From NCBI GenBank assembly GCA_027036675.1, contig JALWDW010000012.1:2604-48274 (forward strand): a stretch of 45,671 nucleotides of DNA, read 5' to 3'. The translations under genes and the position numbers were made by a program. Below, piece after piece: positions 29,116 to 38,414 of the stretch (position 1 is the first letter of the stretch; every line of letters starts with the position of its first letter). The stretch is from Candidatus Dojkabacteria bacterium (GTDB taxonomy: Bacteria > Patescibacteriota > Dojkabacteria > SC72 > JAHDCA01). The notes under the pieces are model-generated. The model was not told where the DNA came from. It saw nothing but the letters and a program-made list of their open reading frames with translations, and searched no databases.

Positions 29116-30690
29116 ATGCGGTTTGTAAAGAAAAACAACCTAACTTTTGTTTCTTTCGGTGGCGATACTGCATGGAGATTAATATCTCAATTCATTCACT
29201 TCATCAGTAGTGCTCGTGCAACTAACTTGCTCGCGACAGTATTGGTTGTATTTATGGTTAGTGCTGTGTTGTGGCGAAGTCACGGTGCTTCAAATGTACA
29301 GGATGTTAAATTGGACTGCACCCCAGAAAGCTTCACTTCCGGAGATACTCTTTCAATTGGAAATGGGACGGAAGATGCAGGCCCTAGTGTGGATAAGGGT
29401 GTGAACTATACTTCGAATGCTGCTATATGTCAATTAGCTGTCGGTATATCAGGCGTTGATCCCGATACCAGTAATGTTCAGCTTGCCGGCAATCCCGATT
29501 TCGATTTCGATACTTTGCCTGCGATCCAAAGGTATGGCTTACTTGGTGTTACAGAGCAACAGGTTTATTATGCTTTGTACAATCAGCCAACGACAGACGT
29601 TGTATACGCCATGCAACAACAATGGATTCCGGGTACAGATAGTACAAATTCCCCCAGTGTATATGCTGCTACTGATGGTTATTCGTATTTGACAGAAGTA
29701 AATGGATTAAGTACGGTATGGCAATTTACCAGCGGTCTTTCGTATTTTATGTTTGTACTGATTTTGATCACCTCCGGTTTTATGATCATGTTTAGGCACA
29801 AGATTGGAGGGCAGATGGCTGTTACTGTATTTAATATGCTACCAAATGTTGTAATATCTTTGATCCTGGTAGTTTTCAGTTTTGCTATAGCTGGATTAAT
29901 ACTGAACATTGGCGTATTGGCGACACATCTTGCAGATGGTGCTTTGCAGCGTTTAGCTAATTCGCTGGGCTTGACCAATTGGCAGTCCGGATATGCAGAT
30001 GGACCTTTCAGTATTAGTGCACTACTGTTACATGGTGGTGGCGCGGGGAATCCGTTACGAACATTTGCCCAGCAATCTGGGTTGCAGGCGGCTATCAGTA
30101 AAATGCTTGGTTCTATAGGAGGACAGGGCGGGGGTATCAAAGGTATGATGGTAGATGCTTTATCGGGTGTGATTGCTGGTCTTGCTGGTGGTTTGATGAT
30201 GATAGCAATGTTGATACTCTCCTTATGGCTGTCGCTTAAAGTATTTATTACGATACTGAAAGCATACTTGGGTATACTGTTGGACGTCATTTTGGCACCA
30301 CTATATATCGCTACATCCGCTTTGCCTGGGCAGAGTCATGTCAAAATCAATGTGTTTAGGAGAATACTCAAAAACTCGTTGGTGTTTACGATGGTATTTA
30401 TTTTGATCAATCTTGGTGCAATGTTACTGTTTTCGTCTGCCAGTCAGGTCAAGTTGATCATGCCGGGTGGTTTGCTAAACGGTTCGTGGAATACTTCCGG
30501 ATCTGATCTGATGCAACCACTTATCAAAGGCATAGGCGCGTTGTATTTATGGTCGTTGGCTTCGGGTACGCCGAAAATGTTGGATGATATATTGCCGTCG
30601 GCGACCGGTCGAGGTATGGCGGAAGCAGGTGGCATTGCAAGCAAAGCAATGGGTAGCATACCGGTCATCGGCGGACTGTTCAGCGGTTAA
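29116..30690 (+). CDS. Polytopic membrane protein, CPR VirB6/TrbL-like
   Basis: W...SGLSYFMFVLILITSGFMIMFRHKIGGQMAVTV...LP.VVISLILVVFSFAIAG pattern and ILAPLYIATSALPG. Multiple TM helices and a Gly-rich tail. Confidence 0.6.
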   Translation: MRFVKKNNLTFVSFGGDTAWRLISQFIHFISSARATNLLATVLVVFMVSAVLWRSHGASNVQDVKLDCTPESFTSGDTLSIGNGTEDAGPSVDKGVNYTSNAAICQLAVGISGVDPDTSNVQLAGNPDFDFDTLPAIQRYGLLGVTEQQVYYALYNQPTTDVVYAMQQQWIPGTDSTNSPSVYAATDGYSYLTEVNGLSTVWQFTSGLSYFMFVLILITSGFMIMFRHKIGGQMAVTVFNMLPNVVISLILVVFSFAIAGLILNIGVLATHLADGALQRLANSLGLTNWQSGYADGPFSISALLLHGGGAGNPLRTFAQQSGLQAAISKMLGSIGGQGGGIKGMMVDALSGVIAGLAGGLMMIAMLILSLWLSLKVFITILKAYLGILLDVILAPLYIATSALPGQSHVKINVFRRILKNSLVFTMVFILINLGAMLLFSSASQVKLIMPGGLLNGSWNTSGSDLMQPLIKGIGALYLWSLASGTPKMLDDILPSATGRGMAEAGGIASKAMGSIPVIGGLFSG

Positions 30691-30727
30691 CGCGGCCTTC
30701 GCATTACGATTTTAGATATTTGGCAGG

Positions 30728-33700
30728 ATGGCACAGCAAAAGTACCAAGATTCAGTTTCCACGTTGTTTGATATACTTTTCACGCCAAAGAAGAAGGGAA
30801 AACCTCCAAAGCCCCCGAAGTTGGACGGTGTAGCGGCTAGCGATGTAATAGCTTCCGGATTTGTAGAGGCATTGACCAACCCGGCTGTATATACCTCTGA
30901 GGCATTGTTGACTCCCATTGATGAGGCTACTGGTGCTTTGGAATTTGGAAAAGTTACTTTAAGTAAGAAGTACAAGCTTAAAAGCAAGGTTACACTGAAA
31001 AATGCATCCGGATTCATACTCAATCCGACGGCCAGTGTCGACAAGATGTACAAGACACTGGAGGCAAGAAACAAAAAATCCAAAGCTGAACGTATGGGAG
31101 GCGCAGTCGATGCGATTCTGGGGATAGCATGGGCGAAAAAAAATGGCATGAGTATGTCTGAAGCTATAGCGACAGGTGTCGGAATGAGTGATCCTGGTAG
31201 TTTCAAAAACGACCCGCGCAGCAATGTGTTTCTTGCGCACACTCTGGGCACCAATGCTATGCTTCGAGCTCATGAATCCGGCGCCAATCTGACGGCCGAC
31301 CAACGGAAATCCGTGGAGCGTGGTTTGCAATCGATGTTTCGCAGTGGGAGGCTTCAGGGTGAGCTGAACAAGATCAGGCGTAAGTACCAATCGCAGTTAT
31401 CGCCTGGTATGTCTGATGAACAAGTAGAGGCGTTGACTCAACAGATGCACAATGAAATGTCCGGACTTTTTCAGGAGCGTATCGGTAAGATTGCAGGTAA
31501 GAGTGGCTTGAGTCAATCACAGACTCAGGCGATGCTGACTTCCGTGCTGAAAAATGAAGGGCGGATGGTGATGGGGGATAAAATTTTTGCGAATATAGAC
31601 AACAAAGATATGACAGCCTCCTTTGGTGACGTGGCATATCGTGATCTGCAGGCCAAGCAAAACCTCCTCAAAGCTAGGGAGAAAGAACGTCTCGCTGCTG
31701 CCGAGACCGACCGGAAAAAGGTACGTAAATTGGAGAAGGAGGCGAGGAAATATAAGAAGGCGGCCGCTGCGATGATGGCGTGGGGCGGGATAAACGGAAC
31801 TTATGAGTCCACAACGGCGTTACCTCAAGTTTTGGCAAATCGCAGCGCGGAGATTGATAAGTTGATAGGTGAAATGGACCCCGCTACGGATGGCGACCGG
31901 ATAGCGCAATTGCAAAAACTGAAAAAAGAACTTGATCAAACCAACAAAAAGTTTGTAAACGAAGTGTTTGGGCGCGGTGCATGGGAAAGAGACCTGTACG
32001 CGGGTTGGCGTGCCGGTGATGCGTTCAACGAAGGAACTCCGATCTCGCACAAAGCTGAAAAGTACAAACGCGAGGCATTTAAGAAACAACTGGAAGCGCA
32101 ATTGGTTGAGGCTCGACACCATGCATCCATAATCCAAAAGAAAAAGGAGAATATCGAAGACTATCAAAATCGTCTCTCTAGGATTACGACAGAGATGGAT
32201 AATATTCAGCGCAGGATACGAGAGAAGAACGATGCGCTTGGAAATTTGACCACAAGGCTCAGCAATACAGGTTTGACCGATACTGAGAAAGCAAATATTC
32301 AAAGACAGATTGACGATATCAGGCAGGAGGTGAGCGATTTTCAATCTCGTGTGGATGGTTATCAGGAAAATATCACACGATTGACGAGTAATATCGAAGA
32401 CGCAAATAAGATGATAAAGAGGTCCCAAGCCAGGATCTCTGCGATGGGGTTGGAAAACGAGAGGGAGTTTGAAGATATCATGGCTTTGAAGTTGGGAGCC
32501 GTATCATTGATGCCATCAAATCGAGCGCAACGTATGACAGGGCGCTTCAAAAGTGCGACTAAAGGGATCGCTTTGTATCAAGGTGCGAAGAAATGGACCA
32601 ATGGAGAGCTGGCTAAGAAGTGGATGAGCGGGGAACTTTTCGATGACGCGGATCCTACCGCGCCTGGCTCTCTCCGCGATGTTAGGCTGTATAACGGTAA
32701 GGGTGGGGTTTCGGAGACGAAGGTTATTATGCCAAATGAGGTTGGAAACGGAATGCAAGTACGTTGGAAGAAGTTTATGGTGGGTACGTATTACGCGGCC
32801 AGTCCGTTTGCGTTTATGAACACCTGGTTTGTGGACGGATCCGGATTTGCGTACAAGCAAGCTGTCCTGCAACAGAGGATGATGAAAAGCCTTTTGGCGG
32901 GGTTGGGTGACGGACCGCACAAGGACGAAATCTTGGCGTTGATGAAAGAACACATGTCGGATAAGAGTAATTTCGATGTATTTGACAAAGGTGGTCCGGG
33001 CAAAGACGACCCGTTAGCTGAATTTTATAAGAAGAATGAAGACGGTGAATGGGAATTGGATGAGGATGCGTTGGACGCATTTCTTGCCGATGATAGCAAG
33101 GTGGCGCAATTTGCGCAGTTGTATCACGGAGGATTGTTGAATGCTTTTGCCAAAAGCAAAAACCCGTGGATCAAAAAATGGGCTAAGCGAAATCGCCGTT
33201 TACTGCGAGGTATCAAACTTCGCAGGGGTTTGGATTTTGTAAGCAAGTGGACTACCAGATTGCCCGTACGCGCTATGGAGAAGTTGACTGAGTGGCGCAA
33301 AGATATCCAAGGAAAATTTGGGAACTTGTTGGACAAGTTGTCCGGAGGCAGACTTGGAAAAACAGCGTTGGGAAAGCTTGTCGCCGGGAAGATAGATTTG
33401 ACCCAATTGCAAGCTTTGATCACAAAGAAGATAGTACAGTATATCACTGCCGCAGTCGCATCGGTCATACCAGTGATCGGTACCATAGTCGGTTACCTTT
33501 TGGCGCCACTGGTCGATAAACTGGTTGGTAAAACCATCAAAGAAGGACTCAAGATTTATATGTTCCTTATGGCGACGGCTCCTTTAGCTTTATGTTTTTG
33601 TATTACAACTTTCCTAAACCCAGAGAAACAGCAAGCTGATCCATATTCTAGTATACTTCCGGAACAGGCTACTGGTGTTGCTGAAGCATACGATATATCT

Positions 33701-35002
33701 TCATGTTATTTACATGTCAGGTATCCAAGCGATCCAAGGGTCCCAGACTTTTGCGGTGAAAAGAGAGGAATAATCACAAAATCAAATCCGTATCAAGATA
33801 TTTCCGGACCAGGAGCGCTGGATTTCTTTCCCAGACGTGGTCAACAGGGGCGAAGACTTAAGTTTTCAGTCGATGTGGTCGATGGAGCTTCAGTAGTTTT
33901 ATACAATACTGTGATAGCCGATAACCCTGGTCAGAAGCTTGGGCTTGGTATGGATAGATCTTGTGGTACAGGTAAGTATCGGCCTCAAGTCGGTATTCAA
34001 CGTCTACCCCCCGGTACCAATCCATTGGATTGGTCCAAAGCTACGACTTTTGTATTACCCCCGGCGCCCGTTTATTTTGATCGTATGGTGACACCGGGGT
34101 ACTATCGTATATTTACCGCCAAAGGAACTCCGTGTTTTTTTGACAATGCACCTGAAAAAATAATAGATCTGACGGACTCTGATTCTGAGTACTGCGGTAG
34201 GGTCGTATATAACAGTAATATGCCTGGTGGGGATAAAGATCGTCCGATGAGCACGGATCAATGCGGTTTTGGATTACAATACGATACTAGGTACAATAAC
34301 GCGTGCGGCGGACTCTATGCTGACTGCGCTTCCGAGGGCGGATGTGACAAATGGCGTCATGCGTCCCTTCCCGGACTTGCACTATATAGGTCGATTTTTG
34401 ATAGGGACTTTACTGTACCTGCTTCCGGATCATACGATTGTAGTGAATTATTCCCATCAGTAAATTATGAAGTTTCATGCGATCCAACTTGCGGAGTGAA
34501 GCCTGAAGTGAGTGGTATGTGTCCTTTGGTTAGTGGTTTTGTAACTCAAAATTCGTGTGGGCAATACAGTCATAGATTAAATCATGGTACAGATATCGCC
34601 ACAACTGGAGAAATTGTTGCACCGTCTGCAGCCCGAATAGTGAAGGTTGGGAAAAATATACGTTGCGACGATGCAAATCCAAATAGCTCAATGTTCAATA
34701 GGGGAGGTCAAATAGTATTGCAAGACGGTAATGGTAATATATATAATATCCTACATATTGCAGTTGATCCATCAATCCTTGCTGCTTGTGGTGTAGTTAT
34801 GGACAATCGTATGACTTCATGCAATTTGGCTGTCTCTCGAGGTAGAGCGCTTGGGACCGCTCAAGATGACATAATCAGTGTGATAGGGGCGATTCGAAAC
34901 CCGTGTTGGACTGGGACTCATTATCATATAGATATCAAGAACTCCGCTGGTCAATATGTGGACTCGACGAAAGCGCTCAGTGATCTAGGGTGTCCATTTT
35001 AG
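30728..35002 (+). CDS. 1424-aa coiled-coil membrane protein with C-terminal M23-like peptidase domain
   Basis: Basic helical N-region, long coiled coil (~32100-32450) and hydrophobic hairpin (~33440-33615). Cys-rich exodomain, then SHRLNHGTDIA, IVAPSAARIV, GGQIVL, YNILHI and TGTHYH (M23 metal ligands). Confidence 0.8.
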   Translation: MAQQKYQDSVSTLFDILFTPKKKGKPPKPPKLDGVAASDVIASGFVEALTNPAVYTSEALLTPIDEATGALEFGKVTLSKKYKLKSKVTLKNASGFILNPTASVDKMYKTLEARNKKSKAERMGGAVDAILGIAWAKKNGMSMSEAIATGVGMSDPGSFKNDPRSNVFLAHTLGTNAMLRAHESGANLTADQRKSVERGLQSMFRSGRLQGELNKIRRKYQSQLSPGMSDEQVEALTQQMHNEMSGLFQERIGKIAGKSGLSQSQTQAMLTSVLKNEGRMVMGDKIFANIDNKDMTASFGDVAYRDLQAKQNLLKAREKERLAAAETDRKKVRKLEKEARKYKKAAAAMMAWGGINGTYESTTALPQVLANRSAEIDKLIGEMDPATDGDRIAQLQKLKKELDQTNKKFVNEVFGRGAWERDLYAGWRAGDAFNEGTPISHKAEKYKREAFKKQLEAQLVEARHHASIIQKKKENIEDYQNRLSRITTEMDNIQRRIREKNDALGNLTTRLSNTGLTDTEKANIQRQIDDIRQEVSDFQSRVDGYQENITRLTSNIEDANKMIKRSQARISAMGLENEREFEDIMALKLGAVSLMPSNRAQRMTGRFKSATKGIALYQGAKKWTNGELAKKWMSGELFDDADPTAPGSLRDVRLYNGKGGVSETKVIMPNEVGNGMQVRWKKFMVGTYYAASPFAFMNTWFVDGSGFAYKQAVLQQRMMKSLLAGLGDGPHKDEILALMKEHMSDKSNFDVFDKGGPGKDDPLAEFYKKNEDGEWELDEDALDAFLADDSKVAQFAQLYHGGLLNAFAKSKNPWIKKWAKRNRRLLRGIKLRRGLDFVSKWTTRLPVRAMEKLTEWRKDIQGKFGNLLDKLSGGRLGKTALGKLVAGKIDLTQLQALITKKIVQYITAAVASVIPVIGTIVGYLLAPLVDKLVGKTIKEGLKIYMFLMATAPLALCFCITTFLNPEKQQADPYSSILPEQATGVAEAYDISSCYLHVRYPSDPRVPDFCGEKRGIITKSNPYQDISGPGALDFFPRRGQQGRRLKFSVDVVDGASVVLYNTVIADNPGQKLGLGMDRSCGTGKYRPQVGIQRLPPGTNPLDWSKATTFVLPPAPVYFDRMVTPGYYRIFTAKGTPCFFDNAPEKIIDLTDSDSEYCGRVVYNSNMPGGDKDRPMSTDQCGFGLQYDTRYNNACGGLYADCASEGGCDKWRHASLPGLALYRSIFDRDFTVPASGSYDCSELFPSVNYEVSCDPTCGVKPEVSGMCPLVSGFVTQNSCGQYSHRLNHGTDIATTGEIVAPSAARIVKVGKNIRCDDANPNSSMFNRGGQIVLQDGNGNIYNILHIAVDPSILAACGVVMDNRMTSCNLAVSRGRALGTAQDDIISVIGAIRNPCWTGTHYHIDIKNSAGQYVDSTKALSDLGCPF

Positions 35003-35029
35003 GTTTCATGAAACTATCATTTTCTCTTT

Positions 35030-35057
35030 TTGACGAGAGAATAAATCAATGTATAAT
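35030..35057 (+). promoter_or_regulatory. Putative sigma70 promoter, likely leaderless transcript
   Basis: TTGACG-16 bp-TATAAT ending 5 nt before ATG 35063. Confidence 0.5.
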
Positions 35058-35062
35058 ATGAC

Positions 35063-36316
35063 ATGCTTTATAAGTCAACTGAGCGCAGTCTTGCTAAGAA
35101 AACTGTTGTATTCATCATTGTACTCATAGTTTCAGTGATTATAGCTGCTAACGCGTTATCAATACGTGAAACTATAGTGCAAGCATATTTTGGCTATTCG
35201 CGGGAGCAAATGGAATTTGACGAATCCTTGGCGACAAAGCGAGAGGTGACGACAGTACCACAAAAAATATATGTATTTCCGATACGTACTGAAGATGAAG
35301 ATTTGAAAACAGATTCAAAACGATGGGTAGACAATATTTACTACTACACAATCACCAATATGCATTTTCCAGATATACCGTTCAATTATATATTGTCTAC
35401 CGAAGGTGAAGTGTATGGAGTTCGTGAAAACCCTTCTACGAATACTTCAACCTTCTCCGGTCAACCTGCTGCTATTCTGGTTGGTATACTCATGGATGGG
35501 AATGTCAATACACAGCAGAAAACGGCATTGCAAGAACTAATTGCTGATCTAAATTCAATTTACGGTGTGCAAAAAGAGGCGGTGGAAACGGTAAGGCTTG
35601 TATTTGCTCATAAAAGTTCTGGCGACGGTGAGAGAATTCCTAATCGATACGAGATCAGATTTGCGCAGGCGGACGAAGACTTTATCAATTCTATAAGCAA
35701 TGCCATTGTCGGAGTTGATTATGTATCTGCACCTCGCGTAGATATTGTACTATCAGTTGACGATATCAAACATGATGCCAAGGTCCAATTAGGTGAGAAA
35801 TTATCAGTTGAATTTACATTACGGAACGATGGAACAGATCCGTTGGTTGTGGGGGAAAACAATAGCCTTTTGTTGAAAACGGCCGATGACAAGGACAGCC
35901 CGTTTGCGGTAAGCGGAGTCTGGCCGAGTTTGGATACACCGATATTGATCGACAATATGATACTGAAGCCAGGGGAGTCAAAAATCTTTAAGTTTGATAT
36001 GTTTGCCAGTGTATTGCCCGGTTCACAGTCGCAGAGTTTTCACATCGTTGATCATGATGGAAATGAAATAGACGGTACCAAATTTACTGTGGATTTTGCG
36101 ATCGAGCGGGGTGACGCGAAAATCTTGGAAATCAAAGATACAGATACCGGTTATCTCAATGTGCGAAAAGGGCCCGCGTTGAACAGTGAGAAAGTGTCGC
36201 AAGTAGGTGTTGGGGAACGGTTTGTATGGACAGAGAAGGACGGGGCTTGGTACAAAATCAAATACAGCGATTCCGCCGAGGGCTGGGTATATGCCAGATA
36301 CGTGCGAGAACTGTAG
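35063..36316 (+). CDS. Membrane-anchored amidase_2/PGRP-like + Ig-like + SH3b protein
   Basis: TM helix, then DIPFNYILSTEGEVYGVR and TQQKTALQELIADL (amidase_2-like), VEFTLRNDG..ILKPGESKIFKF (Ig-like), and YLNVRKGP..GAWYKI..EGWVYARYV (SH3b). Confidence 0.75.
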   Translation: MLYKSTERSLAKKTVVFIIVLIVSVIIAANALSIRETIVQAYFGYSREQMEFDESLATKREVTTVPQKIYVFPIRTEDEDLKTDSKRWVDNIYYYTITNMHFPDIPFNYILSTEGEVYGVRENPSTNTSTFSGQPAAILVGILMDGNVNTQQKTALQELIADLNSIYGVQKEAVETVRLVFAHKSSGDGERIPNRYEIRFAQADEDFINSISNAIVGVDYVSAPRVDIVLSVDDIKHDAKVQLGEKLSVEFTLRNDGTDPLVVGENNSLLLKTADDKDSPFAVSGVWPSLDTPILIDNMILKPGESKIFKFDMFASVLPGSQSQSFHIVDHDGNEIDGTKFTVDFAIERGDAKILEIKDTDTGYLNVRKGPALNSEKVSQVGVGERFVWTEKDGAWYKIKYSDSAEGWVYARYVREL

Positions 36317-36379
36317 CTTACGGGCGGGTATTTTGGTTCCAAATTGACGTATTCTTAATTTAATTGTGTTGGTATTGTC

Positions 36380-38395
36380 ATGAGATTGCAATTGGATGGG
36401 AGATTGAATGATAAGCAAATGGAAGCGGTCAATCATGTTGACGGTCCATTGCTGGTGTTCGCGGGGGCGGGTTCCGGCAAGACGAGGGTGATCACTTACC
36501 GTATAGCCAATATGATCGCAAATCACGGGATTTCGCCAAACAATATCTTGTCGGTGACATTTACCAAAAAAGCTGCGGATGAAATGAAAGAGAGGTTGGG
36601 TAAATTGCTCGAGAACGACATTGATGACGGGAATTCGGTACATGTGGGGACGTTCCACTCAATCGGGGCTCAAATTTTACGCAGACACGGGAAATATGTC
36701 GGTCTGGATAACAATTTCTCAATATATGACGGCGCTGACGCGCAAGGGATGCTCAAAGAATTGATGCTTGAAAGCGGTCTGGATGTGACGAAATTCAAAC
36801 CCAAAGCCGTGTACAATGAAATTTCAAGTGCGAAGAACAAAATGCTAAGTGCAGGTGATTATCCGTATCATTATTCCGGATACTTTGAGGATATAGTGGC
36901 TTCCGTATATGAAGAATATGAGAAACATTTGCTTAAGCTAAATGCCGCCGATTTTGCGGATCTGATATACAAGGTCAATGTATTGTTTGCCCAAGAACCG
37001 GATGTGCTCGAATATTACAGAAATCTCTACAAGTATGTATTGGTGGATGAATACCAGGATACCAACGCAGCGCAATATAGATTGATCAAACACCTGGTCA
37101 GCGAACACAAAAATATATGCGTAGTGGGCGATGACGACCAGAGTATATACAAATGGCGGGGTGCCGATGTGAAAAATATAATCTCGTTTGAGAAGGATTT
37201 CCCGGGGTGTACTGTCGTCAAGCTTGAACAAAATTACCGCAGTGTGGCTAATGTCCTGCATGCCGCGTCCTCTGTGATTTCGAAAAATAATGTCAGGGTG
37301 GACAAGGAGTTGTGGACCGAAAAAGGCGCTGGGGACACGATCAAAATTTACCAAGCGCGTGATGAAAGAAATGAGGCCGAGTTGGTCATCAGCGAGATTC
37401 AAAATTATGTGCGGAGCGGGTATAGCTACGACGATATCGCCATCTTGTACCGGACAAATTTTCAGTCTCGGATTTTGGAAGAAGTATTGTTGAAGAACGG
37501 CATATCCTACAAGCTTGTAGGGGGCTTCAGATTTTACGAACGCGCGGAGATCAAGGATATAATAAGTTATCTGCGATTTACTCAGAATATTTCCGATGAT
37601 GTGAGCCTGTACAGGATTATCAATACTCCGCCGCGCAAGGTAGGACCCAAGACGTTGGGAAATATAGTGGATATCGCGAAGAGCGTGGACATGCCTGTGG
37701 GCGCGTTGATTGTCTCTGCCTACCTACTGATGGAGGGGCGTAGCAAAGAAGATGCAACAGAGGCGGATTTGCGTAGCGAATGGTATTCCGGCGTGGAAGG
37801 CGTCCTTGATGAAATGCGTAAATACGCGAGCGTGGTCAAGGTATTTGGTCGGATTTATATGAATACGAGGTCGATGGATGTGTTTTCGGGCATCAAGTAT
37901 GTACTCAAAGAGACCGGGTACGTCAATTGGGTTGACGATGGTTCGGATGCAGGTACTGCCAAAAAGGAGAATATACAGGAATTGTTGAACGTGGCGCAGT
38001 CGTACGCCAAGAGGTACGGCGACGATTCGACTCGGACTTTTTTACATGAGATTAACCTCATAGAACAGGAAAACGAAAAAAGTTCTCGGCACTCCGGGCA
38101 AGGCAAGGTTACATTGATGACGGTACACGCATCAAAAGGTTTGGAGTTTCCGATAGTGTTTTTGGTTGGTATGGAGGAAGGAGTATTCCCGCACTCGAGG
38201 GCTTTTGTGGATGCGGACGATGTGGAGGAAGAAAGGAGACTTTGTTATGTGGGTATCACAAGAGCACAGGAGAAACTGTGGATGAGCTTCGCCGAAACCC
38301 GTGGACGTGGCGGGATGAGTCAGGATCATATGCCCTCACGTTTCTTGGGGGAGATCCCGGAAGAGATCTGTGAATACTTTTCGTGGCGTTCTTGA
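36380..38395 (+). CDS. pcrA: ATP-dependent DNA helicase PcrA/UvrD
   Basis: AGAGSGKTRV, TFTKKAA, VDEYQDTN, VGDDDQSIY.WRGA, LEQNYRS, TVHASKGLEF and EERRLCYVGITRA motifs. Confidence 0.96.
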   Translation: MRLQLDGRLNDKQMEAVNHVDGPLLVFAGAGSGKTRVITYRIANMIANHGISPNNILSVTFTKKAADEMKERLGKLLENDIDDGNSVHVGTFHSIGAQILRRHGKYVGLDNNFSIYDGADAQGMLKELMLESGLDVTKFKPKAVYNEISSAKNKMLSAGDYPYHYSGYFEDIVASVYEEYEKHLLKLNAADFADLIYKVNVLFAQEPDVLEYYRNLYKYVLVDEYQDTNAAQYRLIKHLVSEHKNICVVGDDDQSIYKWRGADVKNIISFEKDFPGCTVVKLEQNYRSVANVLHAASSVISKNNVRVDKELWTEKGAGDTIKIYQARDERNEAELVISEIQNYVRSGYSYDDIAILYRTNFQSRILEEVLLKNGISYKLVGGFRFYERAEIKDIISYLRFTQNISDDVSLYRIINTPPRKVGPKTLGNIVDIAKSVDMPVGALIVSAYLLMEGRSKEDATEADLRSEWYSGVEGVLDEMRKYASVVKVFGRIYMNTRSMDVFSGIKYVLKETGYVNWVDDGSDAGTAKKENIQELLNVAQSYAKRYGDDSTRTFLHEINLIEQENEKSSRHSGQGKVTLMTVHASKGLEFPIVFLVGMEEGVFPHSRAFVDADDVEEERRLCYVGITRAQEKLWMSFAETRGRGGMSQDHMPSRFLGEIPEEICEYFSWRS

Positions 38396-38414
38396 TATTG
38401 TGCTAGTGTGCGGG

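Noticed and set aside
20394-35002. Diversity-generating retroelement or prophage
   Set aside because: No reverse transcriptase, TR/VR pair, integrase, terminase or capsid gene was recognised in the window.
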